From contig OZ242011.1 in assembly GCA_965204755.1 (NCBI GenBank), positions 3,168,001-3,232,000 on the forward strand: a stretch of DNA of 64,000 nt, written 5' to 3'. This DNA is from Candidatus Marinacidobacterium sp. Lineage in GTDB: Bacteria > Acidobacteriota > Vicinamibacteria > Marinacidobacterales > Marinacidobacteraceae. Shown here piece after piece: positions 50,165 through 62,291 of this stretch. Each line of letters opens with the position of its first letter. Position 1 is the stretch's first letter. The notes under the pieces were generated by a model, which made no database searches, was not told the DNA's origin, and worked only from the letters and a program-made list of their open reading frames with translations. The translations under genes and the position numbers were made by a program.

Positions 50165-51658
50165 GTGTCCCCTGCGACGACCGTTCCCGACCTCCTCCCC
50201 AACTTCGTCGGCGGCGAGTTCCTCGCTTCGTCGTCGTCGGAGACGCTGCCCGTCTTCGACCCCGCCACCGGCGCGGTGCTCGCCCGGGTGCCGCTCTCCC
50301 CCGCCGAGGACATCGGCCGGGCGGTCGCCTCCGCGAAGGAGGCGCTCGCCGACTGGCGCGAGACCCCGGCGCCGGACCGGGTGCAGCCGCTCTTCCGGCT
50401 GAAACAGATCCTGGAGCGGGACTTCGAGGATCTCGCCCGGCTGGTGACCACCGAGTGCGGGAAGACGCTCGCCGAGGCGCGCGGGGAGATGCGCCGCGCG
50501 GTCGAGAATGTGGAAGTCGCCTGCGGCATCCCGACCCTGATGCAGGGCCGGATGCTCGAGGACATCGCCCGCGGGATCGACGAGTTCCTGGTGCGGCAGC
50601 CGGTGGGGGTGGTGGCGGTGATCGCGCCGTTCAACTTCCCGGCGATGATCCCGTTCTGGTTCCTGCCGTACGCCCTCGCCTGCGGGAACACGGTGGTGAT
50701 GAAGCCGTCCGAGAAGGTCCCCCTCACCATGCATCGGATCGCCGAGGCCTTCCGCGAGGCGGGTTTCCCGCCCGGCGCCCTGCAGGTGATCCACGGCGGC
50801 CGGGAGGCGGTGGACGCGCTGCTCGACCACCCGGACATCGCCGCGGTGAGTTTCGTCGGCTCCTCGCCGGTGGCGCGGAGCATCTACCGGCGCGCCGCGG
50901 AGAACGGGAAACGGGTGCAGGCCCAGGGCGGCGCCAAGAACCCGGTGGTCGTCCTCGAAGACGCGGACCTCGGCGCCGCGGTCGCCACCGTCGGCGAGAG
51001 CGCGTTCGGCTGCGCCGGACAGCGTTGCCTCGCCGCCTCGCTGGCGATCACCGTCGGGGAAGCGCACCGGCCGTTCACCGAAGGAGTGGGCGCGCTGGCC
51101 GAGTCCCGGGTCGTCGGCTCCGGGCTCGACGAAGCGGTGGAGATGGGGCCGGTGATCCGGGGCGAAAGCCGGCGCCGCATCGAAGGCTTGATCGCCGAGG
51201 CGGTCTCCTCCGAGGGCGCGGTCCCGGTGGTGGACGGACGGGGCGCGCGCGTCGCCGGCGGCGAAGACGGGTTCTTCGTTCGACCCACCGTCCTCGACCG
51301 CCTGCCGGCGGAGGGGAAGACCGCGCGCACCGAGATCTTCGGGCCGGTGCTGGGTGTGATCCGGGTGGACACCGTGGACGACGCCGTCTCGCTGGTGAAC
51401 GGCGGCGAATACGGGAACATGGCGTGTCTGTTCACGAGCGACGGCCGGGCGGCGCGGGACTTCCGCCACCGGGTGCTCACCGGCAATGTGGGAATCAATG
51501 TGGGGGTCGCCGCCCCGATGGCCTTCTTCCCGTTCAGCGGTTGGCGCGGGAGTTTCTTCGGGGACCTGCACGCCCAGGGCGCCCACGCCGTCGAGTTCTA
51601 CACGCAGACCAAGGTCGTCATCGAGCGCTGGCCCAAAGACGCCTCCCGGCGTTTCTAG
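50165..51658 (+). CDS. mmsA: CoA-acylating methylmalonate-semialdehyde dehydrogenase
   Basis: APFNFPAMIPFW, KPSEKVP, SFVGSSPVA, QAQGGAKN, AFGCAGQRCLA, EIFGPV, GINVGVAAPMAFFPFSGW. Confidence 0.92.
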   Translation: MSPATTVPDLLPNFVGGEFLASSSSETLPVFDPATGAVLARVPLSPAEDIGRAVASAKEALADWRETPAPDRVQPLFRLKQILERDFEDLARLVTTECGKTLAEARGEMRRAVENVEVACGIPTLMQGRMLEDIARGIDEFLVRQPVGVVAVIAPFNFPAMIPFWFLPYALACGNTVVMKPSEKVPLTMHRIAEAFREAGFPPGALQVIHGGREAVDALLDHPDIAAVSFVGSSPVARSIYRRAAENGKRVQAQGGAKNPVVVLEDADLGAAVATVGESAFGCAGQRCLAASLAITVGEAHRPFTEGVGALAESRVVGSGLDEAVEMGPVIRGESRRRIEGLIAEAVSSEGAVPVVDGRGARVAGGEDGFFVRPTVLDRLPAEGKTARTEIFGPVLGVIRVDTVDDAVSLVNGGEYGNMACLFTSDGRAARDFRHRVLTGNVGINVGVAAPMAFFPFSGWRGSFFGDLHAQGAHAVEFYTQTKVVIERWPKDASRRF

Positions 51659-51693
51659 CCCGGCCGGCGTCGCAACCCGGCTCTCCGCGCGGG

Positions 51694-52518
51694 GTGGACG
51701 GCGGGGACGGGCGTCGGCCGGACCCGGAGACGGGGTCGGGCCCGGCGGAGTCGGAGGTCGGAGCGGCGCCCGCCGCCGTCCCGGCCCGCCGGAAGCGCGA
51801 TCCCGCCGGAAGGCGGCGGCAGGTGCTGCGCCGCGTTTGGAAGCCGGTGATGTGGGCGTTCTTCGTCCTCAATGTCGTGCTGCTGCCGCTCGTGGTCGGA
51901 GGCGGCGCCGCCGGGCAGCCGGCGGAAGTTCCCGGCTGGATGCCGCAGGGCCTTTTGCCCTTCATCCTCGCGCAGGCGCTGCTCGTCGGTTTCGCCCTGC
52001 CGAACTCCGTCTTCTGCCTGGCCGCGGGCGCCCTCTTCGGTCTCGGCCGGGGAGCGCTCGCCGCCGCGACCGGCAGTTACGGCGCGGCCCTCGTCGCTTT
52101 CTTCGTGGGCCGGTTCCTCGCCGCGAGACTGCTCCGCCGCGGCGCCGGCCGCTTCCCCTCGCTCGGCGCGTTCCTCACCGCGCTGGGAGAAGCGAACGCC
52201 CGCACGGTGTTCCTCACCCGGCTGTCCCCGCTGTTCCCGTTCGTGGTGCAGAACTTCGGCTGGTCGTTCAGCCCGATCCGCTTCCGCAGTTACGCCCTCG
52301 GCTCGCTCTTCGGCGTCCCCGTCGGCGCGGTCTTCTTCGCCCACCTCGGCGCCGCCGGCAGCGCCGGCGCCGCCCTCGCGACCGGCGGTTTCTCCTGGCC
52401 GGAAGCGGTCACCGTCGTGGGTATCGCCGCCACCTTCCCCGTCGTCCGCTGGCTCGGCCGCCTCGCCGACCACGCCCTCACGGGGACACTTCCCCGGAGG
52501 ACTGACCCGGCAACCTGA
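51694..52518 (+). CDS. TVP38/TMEM64 (VTT/DedA) family membrane protein
   Basis: LAAGALFGLGRG, GALVAFFVGR-like segment, FLTRLSPLFPF..NF; start GTG 51694 or ATG 51850. Confidence 0.78.
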   Translation: MDGGDGRRPDPETGSGPAESEVGAAPAAVPARRKRDPAGRRRQVLRRVWKPVMWAFFVLNVVLLPLVVGGGAAGQPAEVPGWMPQGLLPFILAQALLVGFALPNSVFCLAAGALFGLGRGALAAATGSYGAALVAFFVGRFLAARLLRRGAGRFPSLGAFLTALGEANARTVFLTRLSPLFPFVVQNFGWSFSPIRFRSYALGSLFGVPVGAVFFAHLGAAGSAGAALATGGFSWPEAVTVVGIAATFPVVRWLGRLADHALTGTLPRRTDPAT

Positions 52519-52589
52519 TGGCCGGAGTTCCTCTAAACTCTCCCGTGCCCTCGCCCGACACTCTGGGAGGCGGCGCCGAGGCTCCACTC

Positions 52590-53924
52590 ATGACCATCAC
52601 CAAGATTACGGCCAAGGACTTCCGCTGTTTTCGTCGCGCGGAGGCGCGCCTTGCGCCGTTGACCCTTCTCGTGGGCGAGAACAGCACTGGCAAGACCTCG
52701 TTCCTGGCGCTGGTGCGGGCGCTGCTGGACTCGGGCTACGGCCTTCAGGTCCCCGATTTCCGAGAGGCGCCGTACGATTTGGGCACCTTCCAAGACATCG
52801 CCCACAGTCGGGGAGCGAGAGGTGGCACTGCGAGGGCCTTCTCTGCCTCGTTCGAGGCTCGGGACAGGCCCAAAGCGAAGACGCATCGTTATGAAGTTAC
52901 TTTCGAGGAGCGGGCGGCATTCGCCGTTCCCTCCGTTCACCGTTATGCGTCCGGGAAGAACGCGTTCGTGGAACGGGAAACGGACTTCACCATCGAAACG
53001 CCGCGTGGCAAGTGGACGGGCGCGTATTCGGAAACTGGCGTGCCCATCCGGCGTGGTGAGGCATTCTCCATTCCACCATGGTTTGTGCTACGCGAACTCT
53101 TCGCCCGAGGAGAGGCGGCGGACACGATACGCCGTAGGTTGAGGGACGAAAATGGAACGGAGTCTGCTCCCAGCCACGATGATCTGAAGGCAGTGTCGAT
53201 GGCTTTGCGCTCGTTCTCCGCCGTATGGCCGTTGGAAAGACCGTACTGCAGCGCCCCCGTCCGTACTCGACCACTCAGGACCTACGATCCGTTGAAACTG
53301 GCGCCCGATCCAGAAGGAGAGAACATCCCGACCTACTTGGCCAATCTGAGCGCTCGCGAAAAGGATCAATGGGAGGGACTACGCGACCTCTTGGTGTCGT
53401 TCGGCAGTACCGCCGGCCTATTCGACGAACTTCGTGTGAACCGCCTCTCTGGTTCGGGTGGAGGCCCCTTCCAGATCCAAGTGCGGAAACATGCCCTCGG
53501 CAAGAAGGGGCCGTGGCGAAACCTCATAGATGTGGGCTATGGTGTTAGCCAAACGCTTCCGTTCCTCACGGAGCTCAATCGTCATGACGGTGCCGAGATG
53601 TTCCTGCTACAGCAGCCGGAGGTGCATCTCCATCCTCGGGCCCAAGCCGAGGTCGGGAGCCTGTTGTGCAAAGTGGCCGCTTTGGGCCAACAGGTCATTG
53701 TGGAGACACACAGCGACCACTTGCTGGACCGCGTCCGAATGGATGTGAGGGATGGCAAGACCGACTTGGAGCCGAAGGATGTCTCTCTGCTATTCTTTGA
53801 GCGAGGAGACTTGGATGTGAATATCCATTCACTCAAGTTCGACGGGGCTGGCGCCGTTATCGGCGCGCCGGAAGGATACCGGCAGTTCTTCCTCGACGAA
53901 TTGGATCGCTCGATCACTGTCTGA
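52590..53924 (+). CDS. ABC/AAA-type ATPase (DUF3696-associated style)
   Basis: DFRCF, GENSTGKTS, DVGYGVSQTLP, LLQQPEVHLHP, VETHSDHLL; alternative start ATG 52518; lower GC than flanks. Confidence 0.85.
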   Translation: MTITKITAKDFRCFRRAEARLAPLTLLVGENSTGKTSFLALVRALLDSGYGLQVPDFREAPYDLGTFQDIAHSRGARGGTARAFSASFEARDRPKAKTHRYEVTFEERAAFAVPSVHRYASGKNAFVERETDFTIETPRGKWTGAYSETGVPIRRGEAFSIPPWFVLRELFARGEAADTIRRRLRDENGTESAPSHDDLKAVSMALRSFSAVWPLERPYCSAPVRTRPLRTYDPLKLAPDPEGENIPTYLANLSAREKDQWEGLRDLLVSFGSTAGLFDELRVNRLSGSGGGPFQIQVRKHALGKKGPWRNLIDVGYGVSQTLPFLTELNRHDGAEMFLLQQPEVHLHPRAQAEVGSLLCKVAALGQQVIVETHSDHLLDRVRMDVRDGKTDLEPKDVSLLFFERGDLDVNIHSLKFDGAGAVIGAPEGYRQFFLDELDRSITV

Positions 53925-53925
53925 C

Positions 53926-54387
53926 ATGTGTGCCATCGTAGATGCCAATCGCTGGCATGAGGTGTTTTCGCCGAAGCGTACGGCTGCCGGCGCTGCCTTT
54001 CGCCGGTGGCTGTTGAGTAAGCGCGGATTCGCCGTGCTGGGAGGCAAGTTGAGGCGCGAGATCGCGGACGGCACGGAGCGCAAGAAACAGGTCCAAGAAT
54101 TCGTGCAGAACGGCATGGTTATCCCAATGCCTGACGCGGATGTGGACGACGAAACGGAGCAGATAAAGAAGGGCGGCGGGCTCCGGTCGGATGACCCGCA
54201 CATCTTGGCGCTGGCGAAGGTCAGCGGCGCGCGCTTGCTCTACACGAATGACCGCGACCTGCAGGACGACTTCAAGAACGCCGACTTCGTCGCCGACGGC
54301 AAGGTCTATTCGACTTTGGAGACGACGAAGCACACTCGCCGTCAACGAGACCTGCTCAAGCGGCAGGTCTGTCAGCGGACTACTTGA
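53926..54387 (+). CDS. PIN-domain protein
   Basis: AIVDAN, SDDPHILALA, LLYTNDRDL give the acidic PIN active-site pattern; starts 1 nt after the ATPase stop. Confidence 0.75.
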   Translation: MCAIVDANRWHEVFSPKRTAAGAAFRRWLLSKRGFAVLGGKLRREIADGTERKKQVQEFVQNGMVIPMPDADVDDETEQIKKGGGLRSDDPHILALAKVSGARLLYTNDRDLQDDFKNADFVADGKVYSTLETTKHTRRQRDLLKRQVCQRTT

Positions 54388-54488
54388 AGGGGCCCCCGGC
54401 GGCGGAAATCGGGGACATTCGAACGCTCTGGTCCGTTGGCCGGAACGGGCGTGGTCGGAGTGAGCGCCGGTTCGCGCTCCGCGGCGGT

Positions 54489-55802
54489 TCAGCGCGAAGC
54501 GGTGATGTCGAAGGCGAGCAGGGTGTCCTGGTCCCGGAGGTAGAGGCGGCCGTTCGCGACGACCGGGTGGCTCCAGGTTTCGTTGCCGGAGCGGTCGGCG
54601 TCGGGGAGGCGGAAGCGGCCGCGCAACTCGAAGCCGGCGCGCGACGGTTCGACCAGGGCGGCGTCCCCGCGTTCGCTGAACAGGTGGAGAAGGCCGTCCG
54701 CGAGGGTGAGGGAACCCTTCGGGATCGCGCGGTCGCGCCAGAGCACCGTTCCGGTGGCGGCGTCCAGCGCGCTCAGGATAGAGCCGGAGTAGCCGTAGAG
54801 CACGCCGCCGTGGAGGACCGGGGTCGCATGGTGGGCGCGCAGGTTCCGGCTGAACCAGACTTCCTCGACATCCACGCCGCCCCGCCCGTCCGACTGCAGT
54901 TCGAGCAGCGCCGCTCCCGTGCCGTAGTCGGAGGACAGGAGCACGCGCAGCGCCTCGCCGTCCGGGCCGGTCGTCGGCCAGACCAGCGGCGTGGCGATGT
55001 TCGCGGTGCGGTTCGAGGCGCGCAGGTAACTCCACAGGACGGCGCCGTCCTCGGCGCGCACGCCGACCGCGCGCTCGCCGCTGAAGAAGATCACATGGGG
55101 CGCGCCGGGCAGCGGCGCCGCCATCGGCGAGGCGTAACCGGCCCGGTCGCTCTCGACAGCCCACTCCAACTCGCCGGTCTCCGCGTCGAAGGCGGCGAAT
55201 CCGGCGCCCCGGCCGCCGGGGGAGACCAGGACCCGGCCGTCGAGCAGGAGGGGCGACTCGCTGATGCCCCAGGAGATGTTCCGGCCGCCGAACCGGTCGA
55301 GGAGGTTCACCGACCAGCGGACCTGGCCGCTCCGGGCGTCGAGCGCGGTGAGTTGGCCGGTGGCGCCGAGCGCGTAGGCCCGCCCCTCCGCCACCGTCGG
55401 GACGCTGCGGGGGCCGTCGCCGCGCCATTCGCGGAAGCCTTCGGCGTGCGGCGTCGTCCAAAGCGCCGATCCGGTGGCGGCGTCGAGCGCGACGACCCAC
55501 TCGCGGTCCGACCACATCCCCAGCGTGTGGACGCGCCCTTCGGCTACGGAAACGGTGGAGTAGCCGGCGCCGAGGCCCTCGGCGCGGAAGAGGAGCGGCG
55601 GGCCGTCCGCCGGCCACGCCCGGAGCAGCCCGGTCTCCCGCGACACGCCGTCGCGGCGGGGGCCGCGCCACTGCGGCCAGTCTTCGGACGCGCCGGCCGC
55701 GGAGGGCAACAGCAGCGCCACGCCCAGCGCGACCGAGACGGGGACGGCTCCCGGCCGCCTGACGGGATTCATCGGGCGCCGCCCGGCGCATCGCGGATTC
55801 AT
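54489..55802 (-). CDS. PQQ-binding-like beta-propeller protein
   Basis: DWPQWRGPRRDG, repeated ALDA.TG..LW, TWSHPVVANGRLYLRD. Confidence 0.88.
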   Translation of the reverse strand: MNPRCAGRRPMNPVRRPGAVPVSVALGVALLLPSAAGASEDWPQWRGPRRDGVSRETGLLRAWPADGPPLLFRAEGLGAGYSTVSVAEGRVHTLGMWSDREWVVALDAATGSALWTTPHAEGFREWRGDGPRSVPTVAEGRAYALGATGQLTALDARSGQVRWSVNLLDRFGGRNISWGISESPLLLDGRVLVSPGGRGAGFAAFDAETGELEWAVESDRAGYASPMAAPLPGAPHVIFFSGERAVGVRAEDGAVLWSYLRASNRTANIATPLVWPTTGPDGEALRVLLSSDYGTGAALLELQSDGRGGVDVEEVWFSRNLRAHHATPVLHGGVLYGYSGSILSALDAATGTVLWRDRAIPKGSLTLADGLLHLFSERGDAALVEPSRAGFELRGRFRLPDADRSGNETWSHPVVANGRLYLRDQDTLLAFDITASR

Positions 55803-56851
55803 CGGGCGGGGCCCTCGCCGCCGGGCTGGGCGCGGAGCCACTCCCGCGCCGGCGGAAGCGCCGCCGCCCGGAGCGCGGCCAGGTGCTCCGCGAGGCGGCT
55901 GCCCACCGCGGCGGGCTCCTCGTCTCCCGCGCCGGGCAGTTCGCCCATGAACACCTGGACCAGTTCCCGGCCGGGCGGGTCGCCGGAGCGGCCGGTGTAG
56001 CCGGAGAGCACGCGGGTGATCGGTGCGCTGTTCAGCGAACCGCCCTTGGTGAAGGCGCGGCCGTCGGGGGTCTCTTCGGAGAACAGGATTTCGCGCATCG
56101 CCTCGTGGGTCTCCGGCGAGAGGCCGGGCGTCGTTCCGGTCGCGATCTCCGCCAGCACGGCGGCCAGCGAAGCGGCGGTGGCCTCGTTGTCCCCGGTCAC
56201 ATCCCGCGCCGCCAGCATGTAGCGCCGGGCCTCGATCCCGGCGAAATCCGGATGGCGGGCGTGGATCCGCGCGGTCAGCGCCCGCGGCCCGCCGAGGACG
56301 GCGGTCGTGAGGTTGGCGGCGGCGTTGTACACGGCGTTGGAGACATCGTCTCCGCGGATCATGTGGCGCCCCACCGTCCGGACGGTCGCCTCGGTCAGGT
56401 GTTCCCGGATTTCGGCCCGGGTGGCGGCGTCGAAGTGGGCGACGGCCGGATGCTCCGGATCGTCCACGATGGAAGCGGCGCCCGGCAGCGGCCGGTCCAG
56501 CGTCCCCGCGTGCTCGGCGAAGAGTTCGACCAGGTAGGAGGCCTTGATGGAACTCGCCGCCGGCCGCGGAGTCTCCGCCGCCTCCGCGTAGAGGGGTTCT
56601 CCGCCGCTGACCCCGGAGTCCGCGAACCCGATCCACACGCTCCGCTCGAGGCCGGGCAGCCCGTCGGCCGGGACCGTCCCGAGGGCGGCGGCGATCGCCG
56701 CCGTCCCCTCGCCGGGCGACGGCGGCGCGGCGGTCGGAGGCGCCGCGCAGGCGAGCGAGCCGGCCAGCGTCAGCGCCCCGAACAGCCGGCCGGCCGCGGC
56801 GAAGGCGGCGCTCTTGCCGCGCTGTCGGGGGAGGGTGACCGGATGTCTCAC
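55799..56851 (-). CDS. Serine hydrolase (class A beta-lactamase-like fold), probable lipoprotein
   Basis: PAASSIKA (SxxK), NAAANL, NEATA..LA, KGG in place of KTG; lipobox SLAC; start uncertain. Confidence 0.7.
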   Translation of the reverse strand: MRHPVTLPRQRGKSAAFAAAGRLFGALTLAGSLACAAPPTAAPPSPGEGTAAIAAALGTVPADGLPGLERSVWIGFADSGVSGGEPLYAEAAETPRPAASSIKASYLVELFAEHAGTLDRPLPGAASIVDDPEHPAVAHFDAATRAEIREHLTEATVRTVGRHMIRGDDVSNAVYNAAANLTTAVLGGPRALTARIHARHPDFAGIEARRYMLAARDVTGDNEATAASLAAVLAEIATGTTPGLSPETHEAMREILFSEETPDGRAFTKGGSLNSAPITRVLSGYTGRSGDPPGRELVQVFMGELPGAGDEEPAAVGSRLAEHLAALRAAALPPAREWLRAQPGGEGPAR

Positions 56852-57083
56852 GACCGGATGTCTCCTGAACACTTCGGCGGCGGAGACCCCCGCCGCCCGG
56901 GGGCGGAACTCTACGCGCCCGAAGAGAGGGAAGGGACCGCCCCGGCTTTGCTGCTTCGCGAACCCGTCTTCACCCTTCGCAAAAAATCTCACAGTCCGCC
57001 AAGATTTCTGGTCCAAATCAATCACGGACCGGCGGAATTTGCCACGATTGTTGAACGACTGGATTATTTCTCTCGCTCAAAGT

Positions 57084-57092
57084 TGGTATAAT
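57084..57092 (+). promoter_or_regulatory. Extended -10 promoter TGgTATAAT in an AT-rich intergenic island
   Basis: Perfect TATAAT at 57087-92 upstream of the TetR pair. Confidence 0.55.
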
Positions 57093-57221
57093 GGGCTACT
57101 TCCGCGAGCGCACGCGGCAAGTTTCTTCCCCGAGGGGGGAGAGACCTTCCTCTCTCCGGGCGCCGCGACCTCCATTCTACCTTCGGCCCGACCATCCCCG
57201 CAGTTTGTCCGGCTTGGCCCG

Positions 57222-57252
<31 letters not shown>

Positions 57253-57486
57253 ACGAGTCGGGCGTCGAGGGGAATGTCGAAATCGCCCTCGACCGGTTCG
57301 TCGGCTTCCCGGAAGTCCGTCCCTCCCGGACCGGGCCGGCCTGACCGGCGCCGAGACCGGCGCGACGCCGGCCGGCGAGCGCCCGCGTTCCTGGCGTCGG
57401 CCGGCGCCGTGACTTCGGATCGCCCCGCGGCGCCGGCGCCGGGCCCCGCCTTCGGCGACCGCGCTCCGACCGGAGGACTGCGACCG

Positions 57487-58131
57487 ATGCGGCGAAAGCA
57501 GCAGCGGGCCCTTTCGTCCCGGCGCGCCCTGTTCGAGGCCGCCTTGGACGAATTCGCCGATGTCGGGTTCGAAGGCGCCTCGACGCGGCGGATCGCCGAC
57601 CGGGCCGAGGTCAGCGTCGCCCTGATCCGGCACCACTTCGGCAGCAAGGAGGACCTTTGGAAGGCGACCGCGGAGGAAGTCTGCGGCGCTTTCGCCGCCC
57701 GGCTGGCCCGGCGGCGGGAGGGGCTCGCCGGCGTCGGCGACCGGACGCTCCTGCGGCTCCTGCTTCGCGAGTACCTCCGGTTCTTCGGCGAGAGGCCGCA
57801 GGCGGCGCGGTTCCTGGTCCAAGCGAACCATGCCCCCCGCGAGTTGCTCGAGTGGATGGTGGAGCGGTTCGTCGCGCCGGCCGACGGCTGGCACGCCGCG
57901 CTGCTCCGGCGAACGCAGAAGATCGGCTTCTTCCCTTCCGGCGACCTCTTCCTCCTGCGCTTCGTCTTTCTCGGCGCAGCGACTTCCCTGTTCAGTTTCG
58001 GCCCGACGATCTCGATCCTGTCCCGCCGGGACGCCCTCGACGACACCATGTTGGAACCCTTCGTGGAGATGGTGCTCAACATGTTCGTCGGCCCCCTCCC
58101 CACCGGCCCTCCGCGCGCCGGACTCGTCTGA
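57487..58131 (+). CDS. TetR/AcrR family regulator
   Basis: ALFEAALDEFADVGFEGASTRRIADRAEVSVALIRHHFGSKEDLW; start could be GTG 57409. Confidence 0.9.
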   Translation: MRRKQQRALSSRRALFEAALDEFADVGFEGASTRRIADRAEVSVALIRHHFGSKEDLWKATAEEVCGAFAARLARRREGLAGVGDRTLLRLLLREYLRFFGERPQAARFLVQANHAPRELLEWMVERFVAPADGWHAALLRRTQKIGFFPSGDLFLLRFVFLGAATSLFSFGPTISILSRRDALDDTMLEPFVEMVLNMFVGPLPTGPPRAGLV

Positions 58132-58242
58132 CCTCGCGGCCCCCGCGCCGCAGCGGTCTGACGCGATTCCGGCGGCCGCGGCTCCTCCCGCTCTCGATTC
58201 GCCGCCGGCGACCGTGAGACGCCGACATACCCAGGACTTCCG

Positions 58243-59031
58243 ATGACCGACACCCAAGTCGAACGCGCCCCGGCTGCGCCGGCCCGCCGCCCGCCGCCCG
58301 CCGCCCGCGCCCGCCCGGCGGACGCTCCCGCCCCGCGGCGCGAACAGGAGCGAACGAAACGCACCAAGCGGGCGATCCTGGGATCGGCCCTGTCGGAATT
58401 CGCCCGCCACGGTTTCGAGGGCGCTTCGACCCGGCGCATCGCCGAGTCGGCGGGCATCACGCCCGCGCTCATCGGCCACCACTTCGGGGACAAGGAGGCT
58501 CTGTGGAAGGCGGTCGCCGCCGACACCTACGACCGCTTCCTCAAGCGGTTGGCGGGGAGGCACGCCGGCCTCGAGGGGGTGGACGACTGGAACTTCCTCC
58601 GGTTGATGCTCCGCGAGTACCTGCTGTTCTTCTCCGAGGAGCCGGACTTCTTCCGCTTCGTCTTCCACGCGAACCAGGGCGACCCCGACCGGCTCGACTG
58701 GCTGGTGGACACTTACATGGCCCCCTCCGGGCAGCGGTACATGGCCCTCCTCGGCCGGGCCCAGGCCGCCGGCTGGATCATCGAAGGCGACCTCTACAGT
58801 CTTCGCTACCTCTTTTGGGCGGCGGCCGGCTGGATGTTCGCCTGCGACGGTGGCTTCCGGCGGATCTCCGGCCGCGACCCCCGCGACCCCGCGTTCCTCG
58901 AAGAACATGTGGACCTGGTGCTGCGGCTCTTCCTCCGTCCGGGGGGGAGGGCGGCGGAGGGCCGCGAGGAAGCGGAACCGGCGGCGGCGCCCGCGCCGGC
59001 GCTGCCCGGACGACTCGCCACCAGGGGATAG
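58243..59031 (+). CDS. TetR/AcrR family regulator (paralog)
   Basis: AILGSALSEFARHGFEGASTRRIAESAGITPALIGHHFGDKEALW. Confidence 0.9.
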   Translation: MTDTQVERAPAAPARRPPPAARARPADAPAPRREQERTKRTKRAILGSALSEFARHGFEGASTRRIAESAGITPALIGHHFGDKEALWKAVAADTYDRFLKRLAGRHAGLEGVDDWNFLRLMLREYLLFFSEEPDFFRFVFHANQGDPDRLDWLVDTYMAPSGQRYMALLGRAQAAGWIIEGDLYSLRYLFWAAAGWMFACDGGFRRISGRDPRDPAFLEEHVDLVLRLFLRPGGRAAEGREEAEPAAAPAPALPGRLATRG

Positions 59032-59226
59032 AGCCGCTACCCCGCAGCGGGCGGGCGGTCGATCCGGCGGGGGAGCGGCGAGATCGGCGACCGGGGAGGG
59101 AGATCGACCGCTGTCCGGACGCGCCGTACGAGGGACGGCCCCGGCCGGTCCGAGACCGGCGCGGGGCCGCCGAAGGGGGCGCGGGAGACGACGGCGCGGA
59201 GCGCGCGCCGCCGTTCCCGCCGGGGA

Positions 59227-61399
<2,173 letters not shown>

Positions 61400-61428
61400 G
61401 AGCATTTAGCCGGGAGTCGTTAGATAAA

Positions 61429-61449
61429 TCTAAGTGAATATAACTCATA
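61429..61449. promoter_or_regulatory. HAIR-like inverted repeat (HspR operator candidate)
   Basis: Minus strand TATGAGT-N7-ACTTAGA versus consensus CTTGAGT-N7-ACTCAAG, just upstream of the groES -35. Confidence 0.45.
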
Positions 61450-61508
61450 TTTTCTGTCTCTCGCGGTCGCTCGGTTGTCCCGCGGGGGCGCCGGGAGCGC
61501 CCGGGCCG

Positions 61509-62291
61509 CTACGCCGCCCGGAGGACGACCTCGAACCCGCAGGCGTCTTCCTCGACCACCGCGTCCGGCGCCGCGTCGGCCCGGAGGCCGACCCCGGCGG
61601 CTTCGAGGGCCGCCCGGTCGGCGTCCGGGTCGGCGGTTTCCAGGACGAGCGCCCGGAGACCCGCCGCTCCCGCGTCCGCGTCGCGGGGAGTCTCGAAGCG
61701 GAGGTCGCAGCCGTTCGGGAAGGGAACCAGCACGCCGCCGTCCGCCGGACGGGCCGCCGCGCCGAAGAGCGTCTCGAACCGTTCGCCGGCGGCCGCCGGG
61801 TCGGGGACCGCCGCCACCACCTCGGCGAGGCGCGTCACGGCCAGCAGCGGGCTCACCCGGCTCGGCGGCGGATCCGGCCAGTTCCAACTGCTCGCATGGG
61901 GCTGGATCAACTCGACCGTGAAGCCGGCGGCGTCCTCCGGGGCGACGAACGCCTCGAAGCCGTCCGCGGCGTGGAAGATGGTGTCCTCGAAGACCGGCGC
62001 CGACCGCTTCACCCGCTCCACCGCCCGCTCGATGTCGGAGACCTCGACGGCGATGTGTTCCAGCCCTTCGCCGACCGATCGCAGGTGCCGGCAGACCCGC
62101 GCCTCCGGGTTCCAGTTGTGAACCACATGGAGCCAGCACTCGTTCCCGAGGAGGACCCGCGAGTCGAGTTGGAACCCCCGCCCCTGGTCGGTGCGGAGTT
62201 CCGCCGGCGGAAGCCCGATCCGCCCGAGCCGCTCCGCCGCCGAAGCGTGCGACCGGTGCGCGGTCCCGATGTGCTGGAGCCGAAGGATCAT
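61509..62291 (-). CDS. VOC/glyoxalase-like protein (methylmalonyl-CoA epimerase-like N-domain)
   Basis: LQHIG, GEGLEHIAVEVSDIE, AFVAPEDAAGFTVELIQ. Confidence 0.75.
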   Translation of the reverse strand: MILRLQHIGTAHRSHASAAERLGRIGLPPAELRTDQGRGFQLDSRVLLGNECWLHVVHNWNPEARVCRHLRSVGEGLEHIAVEVSDIERAVERVKRSAPVFEDTIFHAADGFEAFVAPEDAAGFTVELIQPHASSWNWPDPPPSRVSPLLAVTRLAEVVAAVPDPAAAGERFETLFGAAARPADGGVLVPFPNGCDLRFETPRDADAGAAGLRALVLETADPDADRAALEAAGVGLRADAAPDAVVEEDACGFEVVLRAA

